DNA of 56,102 nucleotides. It comes from a virus (Duplodnaviria > Caudoviricetes). Where the stretch lies: IMG/VR virus record IMGVR_UViG_3300032272_000014, positions 1-56,102 of that record. One strand, 5' to 3'. Below, piece by piece: positions 37,036 to 47,732 of the stretch. A model generated the notes under the pieces. It was not told the DNA's origin. It did not search any database and saw only the letters and a program-made list of their open reading frames with translations. Position 1 is the first letter of the stretch. Each line of letters opens with the position of its first letter. A program made the position numbers and the translations under genes.

Positions 37036-39999
37036 TTATACTATGCCACCACGCATTTTTAATATGTTATTTTGTCTGTTTGTTTCTGATCCTTTCTTAC
37101 GAACACCTGTATAGAAACCATTCTTATCTATATTAACAACACTAGACTCTTTATTAACTATCTCACTCCTCATTGCCCTTATTTCCTTCACAAAGTCAGC
37201 TTTCTTAATACCACCACCATTTATATTTACAACGGGTGTGCTTGTTCTTAACATCTCTCTATATGGTAATATATCATTTCCTTCTAAAACACCACCTAAC
37301 TCCTTCTTAAAGTACTCCTCATGGCTTGAGTATATCTTGTCACCTGCACTTAACCATCTATGGTTTGCTTTACCCTCACCTGTACTCTTAATATTACCTG
37401 CCCTATCCGTGTGTATCTCAGGTCGTTTCTCATCTACTTTAGCCCAACCTTCAGGTGCATTTGATGTACCTCTAAAGAACTCTGGTACTGGTGTACTTGC
37501 TACTATTGCTAATTGTGCTGCTCCAATAGCACCTATAGCCGCAACTAACGGTATAGCTGCTGGAAATCCAACATTTGCAATTGTAGCTAATATTCCTTGA
37601 GCAATATCAATAGCTATATTAAACATAGCTGTTTCTTTTTCAGCTTGTGCTTGTTTTTGCTGTATCTCTCTACGTCTTTCCTCGTACTGTCTCTCTATTT
37701 CCTCTCGTCCTGATGCACTATCACCTGCAAACTGTAGTGCTATATCTCTCTCTTGCTCTAATCTATATAATTGATTCTCGAAATAAGCATCTTGGTTTTG
37801 GTTTAAGAAATTAAAAGCCTCTTGACCAACTTCCATTATAGATGTTGCCCACGCAGCCCATTTTACCTCGCTATTATCTATAGCTTCCTCAAAAGCATCA
37901 AAATCTAGTAAAACTTCACCTAGAAAGTCAAAACCTGCCTGACTAAAGAAATCTTCTTGAAACGTTTTAAAGAAATCTTTAGATGATTCTCTCAGTGCGT
38001 CTATTGTTTCAATAGCCTCTTCCATGTGGGCTTGAAGGTCTGGAAATTCAGATGCTAACTCTCCTAGCTCGTCTTTAGACTCTTTCAACCCACCCGTTAA
38101 TCCCTTTAGTGAAAACTGTAAAAGACCTATCATTTTATCATAGAAATTCCACTTAGCACTACCTACTTCTGTTTCTGATTTTAGTTTCTGTAAAGCGGAT
38201 ATTTGTTTACCAAATGCTATTTCTGAATTGGTAGCTCCATTTATTACTTCTTTTTCTTGCTTTAATTTCTTTTCAGTTGTTTCAATAGCTTCTTCCTCCG
38301 CTTCTATTTGTTCTTGCGTCTTTTTTATAACACTATCTATACCTTTTATTCTAGCGAAAGTAGTTGCGATTACATTGTCGGATAAGCCTAAATATTGTCT
38401 TGATAGGCTATCTATAAATTTCTGAGCGTCTGCACCACTTCCGTTAAAATCTTCAATCTCTTTAACTAATTCCCTAGTGCTTTTAGCCGCTTGTTCAGCA
38501 CTAACACTATACTCAATTCCATTAGAAACAAACTTACCGTTCTCCTCCATTCTTTTTGCTAAACTTTCTTCCAAAGCAAATCTCTGAGTTAACGCAGCGT
38601 TTATTCTAACTGTAGCGTCTTTAAATGAGTTTAATTTCTCTACTTGTTCTTTTTGTTTATCTGCGAATCTATTTTGTGATTTTTCAAATTCTTTTACAGC
38701 TTCACTTGTGAACGCTTCTTTTATCTCACTGCCAATATCTTTTATGCCCTCTAATAAACCACTCATAAAAGATAGAACACCTTTAAAAGTAGTTTGTATA
38801 ATTGTATCATCGCCTGATATATCTCTAACAAACATACTCCACGCATTAGAAAGCCTTGTTTGAGCTGCCTGTAATGTATCTATCTTCTCAACAGCCTCTA
38901 TACCATAAGCTTTTTCTAACTGAATAGCGAATTTAGGAAGTGCGTCTTTGGAAAGAATTTCACCTGCTTTTAGCATTTTATCCAACTTAGATGTAGAAAC
39001 ACCTATAGCGTCAGCCATTATACCAAAAGCACCAGGTAAACGTTCACCTAACTGTCTACGCAACTCCTCTGTGGTTACTTTACCTTTGGATAACATTTGT
39101 TCTAACGCTAAATAAACACCACTTAACTCGTCTGTTTTTAAACCTAAAACACCTGCTGCTTTTGTAACTGTTCCAAATATTCTTTGGGTTTCAGCTAATG
39201 ATATATTAGATTGTCTTGCAGCAGCATCAAATTTTATATATCTTTCTGTTGTTGTTATTAAATTAGTTCCATAGTTTTGAGTTATCTCATCTAAAAACTC
39301 TTGAGTCTGACCAAGCTCCACTGCATCACCTATTGTTTTCTGCATTGTAAATCTAAATGCGTCAAACTGCTTCGCTAAATTAAACACGTTTTTAGTAAGG
39401 TCTCGTATCACCGATAATCCGCCAACTATACCAAACGCTCCTAATAAGTTTTTAAAACCAGATACAGCTCTACCTAGACCACCTTTAGCGAAATTTGATG
39501 TAGCCTTATTAGCCTTATTAATTTGACTAGATAATCTGTCATAGTTTTTTTGTGCCTTTATAGTTAAAGCATTATCTTTCCCTTTTACTATAATTAAATC
39601 TTGTAATATTTTTTTAGCTTGTTTCTGTCGTGCTATTAATTTAGCGTAAGCACCTACTATTTTACTTTTAGACTGAGCCTCTAAGTCACTAGCTCTTTTT
39701 AACGCTCTTTGATTCACCACCTCTTGGCTTGTAGCTTTGTTTGATTGTGCTCTTACATTTGCAAGTCTCTTTATTTGAGACTCTTGTTGCATCATCGCTG
39801 AATTAAGTTTAGTTATTTCAGACTCTAATGTTTTTATTTTTTGTGTTGTAGCGTTAGACGAACCCACGCCACCTGAAAACAATTTAGTAACATTAGTGTT
39901 TAGTATTTTAACTGAATCATCAACCTCTTTTATTTTTAAATTTATGTTATCAAGAAGTTGGTTAGCTCCAACCTGTATGTCATTAAAATTATTTGCCAT
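37036..39999 (-). CDS. Tape measure protein
   Basis: ALEQMLSKGKVTTEELRRQLGERLPGA tape-measure motif; coiled coil. Confidence 0.9.
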   Translation of the reverse strand: MANNFNDIQVGANQLLDNINLKIKEVDDSVKILNTNVTKLFSGGVGSSNATTQKIKTLESEITKLNSAMMQQESQIKRLANVRAQSNKATSQEVVNQRALKRASDLEAQSKSKIVGAYAKLIARQKQAKKILQDLIIVKGKDNALTIKAQKNYDRLSSQINKANKATSNFAKGGLGRAVSGFKNLLGAFGIVGGLSVIRDLTKNVFNLAKQFDAFRFTMQKTIGDAVELGQTQEFLDEITQNYGTNLITTTERYIKFDAAARQSNISLAETQRIFGTVTKAAGVLGLKTDELSGVYLALEQMLSKGKVTTEELRRQLGERLPGAFGIMADAIGVSTSKLDKMLKAGEILSKDALPKFAIQLEKAYGIEAVEKIDTLQAAQTRLSNAWSMFVRDISGDDTIIQTTFKGVLSFMSGLLEGIKDIGSEIKEAFTSEAVKEFEKSQNRFADKQKEQVEKLNSFKDATVRINAALTQRFALEESLAKRMEENGKFVSNGIEYSVSAEQAAKSTRELVKEIEDFNGSGADAQKFIDSLSRQYLGLSDNVIATTFARIKGIDSVIKKTQEQIEAEEEAIETTEKKLKQEKEVINGATNSEIAFGKQISALQKLKSETEVGSAKWNFYDKMIGLLQFSLKGLTGGLKESKDELGELASEFPDLQAHMEEAIETIDALRESSKDFFKTFQEDFFSQAGFDFLGEVLLDFDAFEEAIDNSEVKWAAWATSIMEVGQEAFNFLNQNQDAYFENQLYRLEQERDIALQFAGDSASGREEIERQYEERRREIQQKQAQAEKETAMFNIAIDIAQGILATIANVGFPAAIPLVAAIGAIGAAQLAIVASTPVPEFFRGTSNAPEGWAKVDEKRPEIHTDRAGNIKSTGEGKANHRWLSAGDKIYSSHEEYFKKELGGVLEGNDILPYREMLRTSTPVVNINGGGIKKADFVKEIRAMRSEIVNKESSVVNIDKNGFYTGVRKKGSETNRQNNILKMRGGIV

Positions 40000-40618
40000 T
40001 GCTCTTACGTCTTTGCTCGTTGATTGATTCTGCTAGTTTAGAGATTTCAACCCACTTACTAACACTTGTCGTTCTTGTATCTATATTGTTTTTACCTGTT
40101 ATCTGCTCTAAAGTAACCGCTTGTTTATCCAAAGTAGATGTGTCTCCATCATCTAAGTGATACTCCTCTTTCATCTTAGCTAACTCGTCTAACTTTATAG
40201 TAATCTTATTCTGGCTACGCTTTAACTGCTTTAACAATCTATCTATCTCAACAACTCTAGTCGCTTTCTCGTTATAGAAGTATCTCCACTCTTTTAAAGC
40301 ACCCAAGTAAATCTTCATACTTTCTTCATCCATATCCTCACGATCCCACATTATTTTAAGCAATTGCTTAACAACATTGTACCTCGTCTGTAAATAAACT
40401 ACTTCTAAAACTAATTGGTAATAGTAAGCAGTAGTAGCATCGTCTAAAAGCTCCACCCACTCATTCTTGATAGCATCCCATCGCTCATTAGCACCTTTAG
40501 GTATATCAATATCGTCGTAGCCATTATAGTCTACTACAAGGTACTTAAAATCGTTTGTTCTATAAATAACATCGAAATTCCATATAGGTAAATCGTTGCA
40601 GCTTTTATATAAATGCAT
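39989..40618 (-). CDS. Probable tail assembly chaperone
   Basis: Directly upstream of tape measure; start MHLYK inferred. Confidence 0.5.
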   Translation of the reverse strand: MHLYKSCNDLPIWNFDVIYRTNDFKYLVVDYNGYDDIDIPKGANERWDAIKNEWVELLDDATTAYYYQLVLEVVYLQTRYNVVKQLLKIMWDREDMDEESMKIYLGALKEWRYFYNEKATRVVEIDRLLKQLKRSQNKITIKLDELAKMKEEYHLDDGDTSTLDKQAVTLEQITGKNNIDTRTTSVSKWVEISKLAESINEQRRKSNGK

Positions 40619-40859
40619 ATATTGTGTGATTTTTAGTAAGAAATAATCCAATTTATCTCGATAGGATTTCGAGTTTTGCAGTCGGTGTAGTTTCTCCGTG
40701 GAAAAAGACTGTAAGATATTGGTATAAAAAGCAAAGATAGTAAAATTTTCAACACAAACAACAAAAACCCTCACAAAATTAATTATAAGGGCTAAACAAA
40801 CTTTAAATAAATGAAAACAAACCTGATTAAAGATAATCAGGACTCAAATATAATACTTT

Positions 40860-41393
40860 TTAAATGAAACTAGCTATAGTTTCTGTTATTTTTTTTAATT
40901 CTTTTTGATATGCTATATGAGCGTCATACTCGTTATCAAAACGACCTAAGTATTTTCTTTTACCATTATGAACTATCCTAGAATGATATTTTTTTTCTGT
41001 GGAAACCCAACACACTCCAACATATTTAGAAGTTGATTTTATATGTTTTTTATTAGCGTTTTGTCTTTGTGTTATAATTTCTAAATTTTCTACATTGTTA
41101 TTTAACTTATCAAAATCAATATGATTTACAACTATAATTTGACCATTTGGTATATGGTTTAAAAAAGCAATTGCAACTAATTTATGCGTAAGATGAGTTT
41201 TTCTCTTACCTTTTTTAGATAGTATAACATAATAATATCTATTAGGTTGCTTTCCTTGTTTTATAATTCTCTCTTTTACATTGCATATAGAGTTATTTCT
41301 GCCTTTTCTTTTTCTTTTCAAAGATTTAACCCTTCCTAAATTACTAACTTGGTACAATCCTTCATAATCTTTAATATCTTTCCAAACTTCCAT
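40860..41393 (-). CDS. NUMOD4-HNH-AP2 homing endonuclease
   Basis: EVWKDIKDYEGLYQVSNLGRVKS; HKLVA; NHIDFDKLNNNVENLE; SKYVGV...YLGRF. Confidence 0.9.
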   Translation of the reverse strand: MEVWKDIKDYEGLYQVSNLGRVKSLKRKRKGRNNSICNVKERIIKQGKQPNRYYYVILSKKGKRKTHLTHKLVAIAFLNHIPNGQIIVVNHIDFDKLNNNVENLEIITQRQNANKKHIKSTSKYVGVCWVSTEKKYHSRIVHNGKRKYLGRFDNEYDAHIAYQKELKKITETIASFI

Positions 41394-41422
41394 AATATTT
41401 TGTTTTATGCAATATAGTGAAA

Positions 41423-41923
41423 TTAAATGAATTGTGCAATAGCCTCTGAAATCTTGCTAGCTACATAAGGTTCAATGATTGTTTTATTGACCCAATCGTT
41501 ACTTTCATCATTTAATTCAAACAACTCACCATATAACCCCTCTAATAGTTTTTGCTTATAAGCTATGGTAGCAAACTCATATGTTTTTTGACTTTGGTTT
41601 ACACTAGCTATCTTTAAAAAGTCGAAAGTTTCACCACTCCAATCAAAGTTATACGGACTTCCTGCCACTTTATCCTTACGTGTATTATCCTTATCTGCAT
41701 AACTTTGTGTATATGGTGAATAAGTGCCTACAACATTGCCAAAACTATCCTCACCTTTAGCTAACTGGAATGCTTTTAATCGAAATACAATAGCTTCAGC
41801 ATTTGCAAGTATAGCCTCTTTAGCCCAACCAGGAACTTCTTTCTTGATTCCATTTAACTTAGATTGATATATTTTTAGTAATTCCATAATGTAAAGATAT
41901 AAAAAGCCCTTACATATTTGCAA
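41423..41923 (-). CDS. Neck/tail-completion protein
   Basis: Position; YSPYT motif. Confidence 0.45.
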   Translation of the reverse strand: MQICKGFLYLYIMELLKIYQSKLNGIKKEVPGWAKEAILANAEAIVFRLKAFQLAKGEDSFGNVVGTYSPYTQSYADKDNTRKDKVAGSPYNFDWSGETFDFLKIASVNQSQKTYEFATIAYKQKLLEGLYGELFELNDESNDWVNKTIIEPYVASKISEAIAQFI

Positions 41924-41931
41924 GGGCTTTT
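41901..41931 (-). terminator. Terminator after major tail gene
   Basis: AAAAGCCCTT...AAGGGCTTTT. Confidence 0.6.
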
Positions 41932-41953
41932 AATTTTAAAACCTATTAAACCC

Positions 41954-42880
41954 TTATACTACTACTGTAGAAGATGCATTAGATTTGTATAAATCACTAT
42001 CTAAAGAAATGATAGGTCTCGTATTAGCTGTGTCATACAATTGAGTGACAATAGCTTCATTAGTTGATAAAGCTGCAACCGTGAACGTGTACGTTCCGCT
42101 TGGAGACTCAACAACCGTTTGAGATTCTGTAACACCATCCTTTAAGATTAAGAAATCAGTAGTTAAAGCACCAGTAAAAGCTTGTTGATTCTGCTTCAAT
42201 TTAGCTGTAACTACAATAGTAGTAGCTGCATCAGCAGGAACACTATCATAAGCTAACACTACTTCATTAATACCATCAATCAATTGCGGTTGGAAACCAT
42301 CTAATTGATCTGCTGAAATATAAATGTAGTCAGTATCTAACTCTCTACGTGTACTCATTTGGAATCCAATACCTTCTTTTTGTCCAACTGCATCAGTAGG
42401 GAAGGATAACTTCATTCCTTGTAACATGTTTAAGCTAAATCCTTTTAAGTTTCCACTTGCAGATTTTGTACCTAAGATATTACCATCTCTATCAATAAAT
42501 AATACATTGTAAGATCCAAAACTATTTAAAGAGTGTAACGCTGCATGAAAAGCTAAACCATTAATAAAGCTTAAAGCAAATTCATACATTCCAAGTGTCG
42601 CAACTTGTTTAGTACCATCTTCTAAAGTTTCAATTACATCTTCACTAGAATTATCAGTAAAAGTTTTCGCACCCTTTAAAGCAATTAAATTGCCTTGAGC
42701 TTGTAATAACTTAATATAAGTCTCATCTAATGTTTCTGCGCCATCAAATTCAAATCCGTCTGGGACGAACCATAATGCTGTCGCTTTTTTAAGGAATTGT
42801 TTACATCCCTTAGTTCCTGTGCCTAGTACGGCTGATAAGCCACATAATACTAGGTTATAAATTGTGTTCTGTGCTGCCAT
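41954..42880 (-). CDS. Major tail protein
   Basis: Size, position, downstream terminator. Confidence 0.6.
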   Translation of the reverse strand: MAAQNTIYNLVLCGLSAVLGTGTKGCKQFLKKATALWFVPDGFEFDGAETLDETYIKLLQAQGNLIALKGAKTFTDNSSEDVIETLEDGTKQVATLGMYEFALSFINGLAFHAALHSLNSFGSYNVLFIDRDGNILGTKSASGNLKGFSLNMLQGMKLSFPTDAVGQKEGIGFQMSTRRELDTDYIYISADQLDGFQPQLIDGINEVVLAYDSVPADAATTIVVTAKLKQNQQAFTGALTTDFLILKDGVTESQTVVESPSGTYTFTVAALSTNEAIVTQLYDTANTRPIISLDSDLYKSNASSTVVV

Positions 42881-42883
42881 TTT

Positions 42884-43087
42884 CTATATATATTTTTTAG
42901 AACGGAAGAATGCAAACCCCTCCTTTGTTAATTTAATTATATCATCCTTTTCAAACCAAATACCTTGAACCTTTACCCTGTTTTTAATAGTGTAAGTTTT
43001 TGTTGGTATTTGTTTCTTAACGGTTTTTATCTCTATTGGTGCTTCCGTAGTCTTTTTGACTACTACCTTCTTTTTTTTATAAGCCAT
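42884..43087 (-). CDS. Small basic hypothetical protein
   Basis: ORF track. Confidence 0.5.
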   Translation of the reverse strand: MAYKKKKVVVKKTTEAPIEIKTVKKQIPTKTYTIKNRVKVQGIWFEKDDIIKLTKEGFAFFRSKKYI

Positions 43088-43090
43088 CTC

Positions 43091-43666
43091 TTAGCATTTA
43101 TCGGTTAAAAAGTATTCTAAATCAATCTTCATCGCAAAACAGTGTAATGGGTGCATATCGTTAAATCTTATACTAGAGGTTAAATACTCTCTAAAAACAA
43201 AATCAACTCTGCGCTCAATCCCTGTTATATTGTACTTCTCGAAATTATAGTTTCTTAATATCTCTGCAACATCCCTCTGTGCTCTTGAGTCTTGACGCTC
43301 AGAACTTGTTGGATATATTTTAGATAAATCGACCATAAATGCAATCTTTACCTCTGATGTGTACACTTGTGAATCTTGTGTAGAATCATTCTCTTGCGTT
43401 AAAAAGCAAAAGACTGCCGCACTGTTATCATCATAGTATGTATCTTCGTAATCATCAAGCTTTGCGTTATACCATGCAGGTGTAACGATTTTAGATGTTT
43501 GGTAATAGTCTGGTACACTTTCACCTGTATTAACAGGATTCTTATATACTCGACCATAGCCTTCAATCTGACCCTGCCACACTAAACTAAGCTCTCTATA
43601 CAAATCTTTTTGTATTACAGCTATTGTTTCGTCTAGTCCAACTGGTTTGCTTAATAAATTATTCAT
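43091..43666 (-). CDS. Tail terminator/connector-like protein
   Basis: Position before major tail gene. Confidence 0.45.
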   Translation of the reverse strand: MNNLLSKPVGLDETIAVIQKDLYRELSLVWQGQIEGYGRVYKNPVNTGESVPDYYQTSKIVTPAWYNAKLDDYEDTYYDDNSAAVFCFLTQENDSTQDSQVYTSEVKIAFMVDLSKIYPTSSERQDSRAQRDVAEILRNYNFEKYNITGIERRVDFVFREYLTSSIRFNDMHPLHCFAMKIDLEYFLTDKC

Positions 43667-44796
43667 TATACAGAACCTACTTTTATTTGTATGCCATCAT
43701 GGTCATTCAATTGCGTATCGAAAGTCTTTCTCATTGCGGTTATCGCTCTCTTCTTCTCCTTATGGTATCTACTTACAACTGTATCTGCTTGTAAATTCTT
43801 TAACTCAGCCATTAAAAGTTGATCGTCCATTTGGATTCTCTGACTTCTATTACTTCTGTTATTAGAATTATGCAAAAACATTTGGAATACCATATACTCG
43901 AAAGTTGCTCTAAAACAGCTTCCTAATTCAGATAAATTCTCCTCAATGTAATTAGTAGCATCTAAGAAAGCAGTTACGTTTATACCTAAACCATTACCAA
44001 ATGTATTGTAAGTATAATCTGCTGTCTCTGGTGCATTACCTGTTCCACTAGCGGTATAAGCAACAAACCCATCGAACTTCAAAGGGTCTACAGTTGCACC
44101 ACCAACTAAAACATCAGTACTGTCTATTACAATCTTAAAAGAACCCTTACCACTAAAAGTGATGTCAGTATCTCTAAAAGCTAACCTACCATTATCAGGT
44201 GCGAGTGTTATAGTCTCTATAAGCTCGTTTTGGTTAATAACATACACATTAACAGGTGTTGTTCCATCCTTCTGTAACGAAATCTCGTTAACACGAATAG
44301 ATACGAAATCAGAACCTTTTGGCTCTAAAACCCATGCTGCGTAATCATTTTCTAAAGTTCTTGGTAAATCACCATCTTCATATAAGTATTGATTATTAAT
44401 CAACCTCTTAGTTAATGCTAAATCAGCGTAAACCTTATCCTTAACTTGCTCTAAGAACAATTTCAACCTCAAACTCTCAATATTAGTCTCAACCCAATAT
44501 AACGTTTCCGTTGCAGGGGTTTGATTTAAATTAAAGCCTTGAATAGATTGGTATATCTTGCTGTCATAAGCAATAATATCATCCCTATTCCTTGATGTTA
44601 AAAATGCACCATAATCCTTTGTAGCACTCCAATTAACAAAAGATAAATCTGTCTTAGGTAAAAAGTCCAGAAGATTTTCCGTGTTGATAGATGGATGTAC
44701 ACCGCTATTAACGTATAATCCAGATGTAGGAACACCCTTCAATTGACTATCCAATACTATCTTACTCGTAAAATCTTCTGAAAAACCTAATACCAT
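43666..44796 (-). CDS. Head-tail adaptor-like structural protein
   Basis: Position after capsid genes. Confidence 0.45.
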   Translation of the reverse strand: MVLGFSEDFTSKIVLDSQLKGVPTSGLYVNSGVHPSINTENLLDFLPKTDLSFVNWSATKDYGAFLTSRNRDDIIAYDSKIYQSIQGFNLNQTPATETLYWVETNIESLRLKLFLEQVKDKVYADLALTKRLINNQYLYEDGDLPRTLENDYAAWVLEPKGSDFVSIRVNEISLQKDGTTPVNVYVINQNELIETITLAPDNGRLAFRDTDITFSGKGSFKIVIDSTDVLVGGATVDPLKFDGFVAYTASGTGNAPETADYTYNTFGNGLGINVTAFLDATNYIEENLSELGSCFRATFEYMVFQMFLHNSNNRSNRSQRIQMDDQLLMAELKNLQADTVVSRYHKEKKRAITAMRKTFDTQLNDHDGIQIKVGSV

Positions 44797-44799
44797 TTT

Positions 44800-45117
44800 C
44801 TAACTTAATTTTAAAGAAATTGTAGCTTCTGCGCCACTAATATTCTCAATTGTTATAGATCCTGCTGCAATAGCAATAGTAGCTCCTGTAACTACGCCTG
44901 TCGCTGTTCCGATAGCTTGTACACCTGCCGCAATATGGCAAGGTCTTGATTGGCTATCTGTTCCATCACTTACGTGAATTGTTCCCGTGAAGTCTGAAAT
45001 ACCCGTATCTATAGTTTCAGCAATAGCTAAAACAATAGGAGAGGAAAATCCATCTACACTATCAAATTGGTCAACGACCTGACTGCCGACTTGACCTAAA
45101 GCTTTTTTATATCCCAT
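44800..45117 (-). CDS. Possible head decoration protein
   Basis: Small, A/G/T-rich, follows capsid gene. Confidence 0.4.
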   Translation of the reverse strand: MGYKKALGQVGSQVVDQFDSVDGFSSPIVLAIAETIDTGISDFTGTIHVSDGTDSQSRPCHIAAGVQAIGTATGVVTGATIAIAAGSITIENISGAEATISLKLS

Positions 45118-45147
45118 TTTTATATCTTTTTTTTTAGAGATTATTAA

Positions 45148-46221
45148 TTATGTTGTTGCTCCTACAATCTTAACGATGTCTTGCGCTCTTGTAGTTAAAT
45201 CAGAATTATATCTGTAAACTACGTAGAAACGTACCCAAATAGCCATCTCCTCGAAGTGAGACATGATAAGGTTAGAATCAGTACCACTAGTGATTAATGC
45301 AGTTGCATCAGTCGCTTCTCTGTTAGTATATATGTTGGCTCTCATTTTAACGTGAGGTAACTCAACATCAGATACAGACCATTGCTTACCACCTACTTGT
45401 GTTCCGTTACGGAAATCAAAAGGATAGTTTTCATAAACCCCAATAGAACCATCTCTCAAGAAGAAACCATTAAAGTTATCTGCTCCTGCTGAAATATTTC
45501 CAGACTCATGGATTCTATCACTAGCTAAGAAACCTTGAGCTTGTAAATTCTTCTCATTACTAGAACCATACTTCATCATTTCAGAACGTTGTACTGCTGT
45601 ACCACCTCTTGAAGTTACTAAACGGTAAGCTCCTGGTAATTCATTAGCAGTCATTAACTGATCTAAATTCCAAAACATTGTTTCTTTCTGTGCTGCTTTA
45701 GATACTGTTAAAGTATCAGTTGCTCCTGAGAAAGCGAAAGTACCATCACCTTGAGATACTTGAGTAGTGTAATCTAACACTTGTGATTTTCTAGCCTCTA
45801 ACTGAGTAGATAAGATAGATTCAACCGTGATACCCATTTGGTATGCCACGTTATTCATAACAGCCATTCTTTGGAAATCGCTATCAATCATGTTGTTTTC
45901 ATGTGCAGCAGGATAATGTCTAAATCCACTAAATACGTCATACGCTTGAAAGAAGTATTTATCACTTTCAGGTAAGTTTGACGGAATTTCAAAACCAGGA
46001 CTAGTAGTAACTACGACAGACTGATCTTTAATAACAGGGATTTCTACATTTCTTAAAGAAGATACACTTCTTAAAGATTCTTGCACACTTGGGGGAACGT
46101 AATCCACACCCGTAGTACTGCCTTTTACGGCGTCAATAATTCCAAGCTCCGCAAATCTTTTTTCGTTTGTTGCGTTTGAGACCTGCAAATCATTCCATAA
46201 TGTTGCATTAATGTAACTCAT
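45148..46221 (-). CDS. Major capsid protein
   Basis: 357 aa following scaffold; synteny. Confidence 0.7.
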   Translation of the reverse strand: MSYINATLWNDLQVSNATNEKRFAELGIIDAVKGSTTGVDYVPPSVQESLRSVSSLRNVEIPVIKDQSVVVTTSPGFEIPSNLPESDKYFFQAYDVFSGFRHYPAAHENNMIDSDFQRMAVMNNVAYQMGITVESILSTQLEARKSQVLDYTTQVSQGDGTFAFSGATDTLTVSKAAQKETMFWNLDQLMTANELPGAYRLVTSRGGTAVQRSEMMKYGSSNEKNLQAQGFLASDRIHESGNISAGADNFNGFFLRDGSIGVYENYPFDFRNGTQVGGKQWSVSDVELPHVKMRANIYTNREATDATALITSGTDSNLIMSHFEEMAIWVRFYVVYRYNSDLTTRAQDIVKIVGATT

Positions 46222-46279
46222 TTTTTACTTTTTTAAATTAATTATTCATTCTAATTTGCGGTCTTTCGCGGTTATCGTA

Positions 46280-47167
46280 TTATGATGCTTTCTTGATTTT
46301 AACCAATAAATCCATCATTTGTGTAGGGAAATCTTTATGCATTGAGTTACCTAGTTTCTTTACTAAATATTCTCGCACTATTTTAGATTGCTCCTCACTT
46401 GTTGCTCCTGTTGGTACTTTAAATGGTACACCTTCCACGTCCATTAAGTCAGCAGATTTAGCACCAGTACCCCCTTGATTCCTTGCCTTTGTTAATTCTG
46501 TTAAGTTAGCATTCTCACTAACTAATTCAGATAATTTTCTCTTAGCGTGTACATTGTCTTTGTCAACTGCCATTGGCTCACCATCAACTAATTCAATATC
46601 ATACTTAGATAAAACATCTGATTTAAAATCTTCCCACTTAGCCTTAGCCTCGTAAGCGTTTATATCTTTAGAGAAAACAGGCTTAACACCGTTGAATGCT
46701 ACTTTAAGTTTTAATCCACCCAATTGCTCAGCAGCTTCAGCGTATTTTGCGTCTATTCCTCTTAATGGCTCTAATTCAGCAACTTGTTTTAACAACTCGT
46801 CGTTCTTAGTTAATTGAGCCTCGTATTTACTCTTTAATTCATCACTACCCTTAAAATTCTTTAGCTTTTCCTCTAACTCAGCCTCCTTTACTTTTAAAGC
46901 CTCTGTTTTAGATGAGAATCCACTATCAGATATTCTCTGTAAGTAATCTCCAAACTTTTCACCTTGCTCTCTATCAGCATCAACTCCAAATATTGTTTTA
47001 GCATATTTAGCAGCACCAGTTAAGATGCCTTCTGAGTTCTTATTAGCTAATCCATCATATTCCTTCTTCAAACTCGGCACAACATCATTTGAAATGTGTT
47101 TGTTTATAGCCTCTATTTGATTTTCCTCGAAGCCATTAGCTTCTATAAATTCTTGTGATAATTCCAT
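46280..47167 (-). CDS. Capsid scaffolding protein
   Basis: Charged coiled coil, GGTG near C-terminus, upstream of capsid gene. Confidence 0.6.
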   Translation of the reverse strand: MELSQEFIEANGFEENQIEAINKHISNDVVPSLKKEYDGLANKNSEGILTGAAKYAKTIFGVDADREQGEKFGDYLQRISDSGFSSKTEALKVKEAELEEKLKNFKGSDELKSKYEAQLTKNDELLKQVAELEPLRGIDAKYAEAAEQLGGLKLKVAFNGVKPVFSKDINAYEAKAKWEDFKSDVLSKYDIELVDGEPMAVDKDNVHAKRKLSELVSENANLTELTKARNQGGTGAKSADLMDVEGVPFKVPTGATSEEQSKIVREYLVKKLGNSMHKDFPTQMMDLLVKIKKAS

Positions 47168-47180
47168 AGTCCTTTAGGTA

Positions 47181-47732
47181 TTAATCTTGGTTTTTCTTTA
47201 ATTCTTCTATTTTCCCTCTCAATGTAACTTCATCCCATCCTGGAAATGCTTTCTTTCCTTGATTCAAATCTGCATAATCAACTCGCAAAATCTCAATCAC
47301 CTTCTTATCCGCTTTAGGCTTATTAACCGCCTTTGGTTTCTCAACAACTACAGCATCTTCTTGAACTTTTAGCAAGGCATTAATCTTAGCCTCTAATTCA
47401 GCAATCTTTTTGTCACTAGAACTCATAGGAACTGTGGTTTGCTTATTAAATACATCTTCTACCTCTTTAATAATAAGAATCTTATTATCATATTGAGATA
47501 CAGTGTCTCTAAAGAACCCATCTTCGTCCTTTTTCTTCTCAACTAACTTAACATCTGCAACGTCTACTTTTAAATAGCCGTTAGCTATTAAGTTTTTCAT
47601 AAAGTTAGTCCATTCCTTTGTGTCATGGATTATCTTCACTAATTGGTTCTCGTTCTGCACATTCCCTTGTGCATCATAACTCATTTGTTTGCCTCGATAA
47701 ACTCTAAGGCTGATTACTGGTTTCTTTCCCAT
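47181..47732 (-). CDS. Hypothetical head-region protein
   Basis: ORF track. Confidence 0.55.
   Translation of the reverse strand: MGKKPVISLRVYRGKQMSYDAQGNVQNENQLVKIIHDTKEWTNFMKNLIANGYLKVDVADVKLVEKKKDEDGFFRDTVSQYDNKILIIKEVEDVFNKQTTVPMSSSDKKIAELEAKINALLKVQEDAVVVEKPKAVNKPKADKKVIEILRVDYADLNQGKKAFPGWDEVTLRGKIEELKKNQD

Noticed and set aside
35840-38425. Plus-strand ORFs inside tail and tape measure genes
   Set aside because: Antisense shadows of long structural genes
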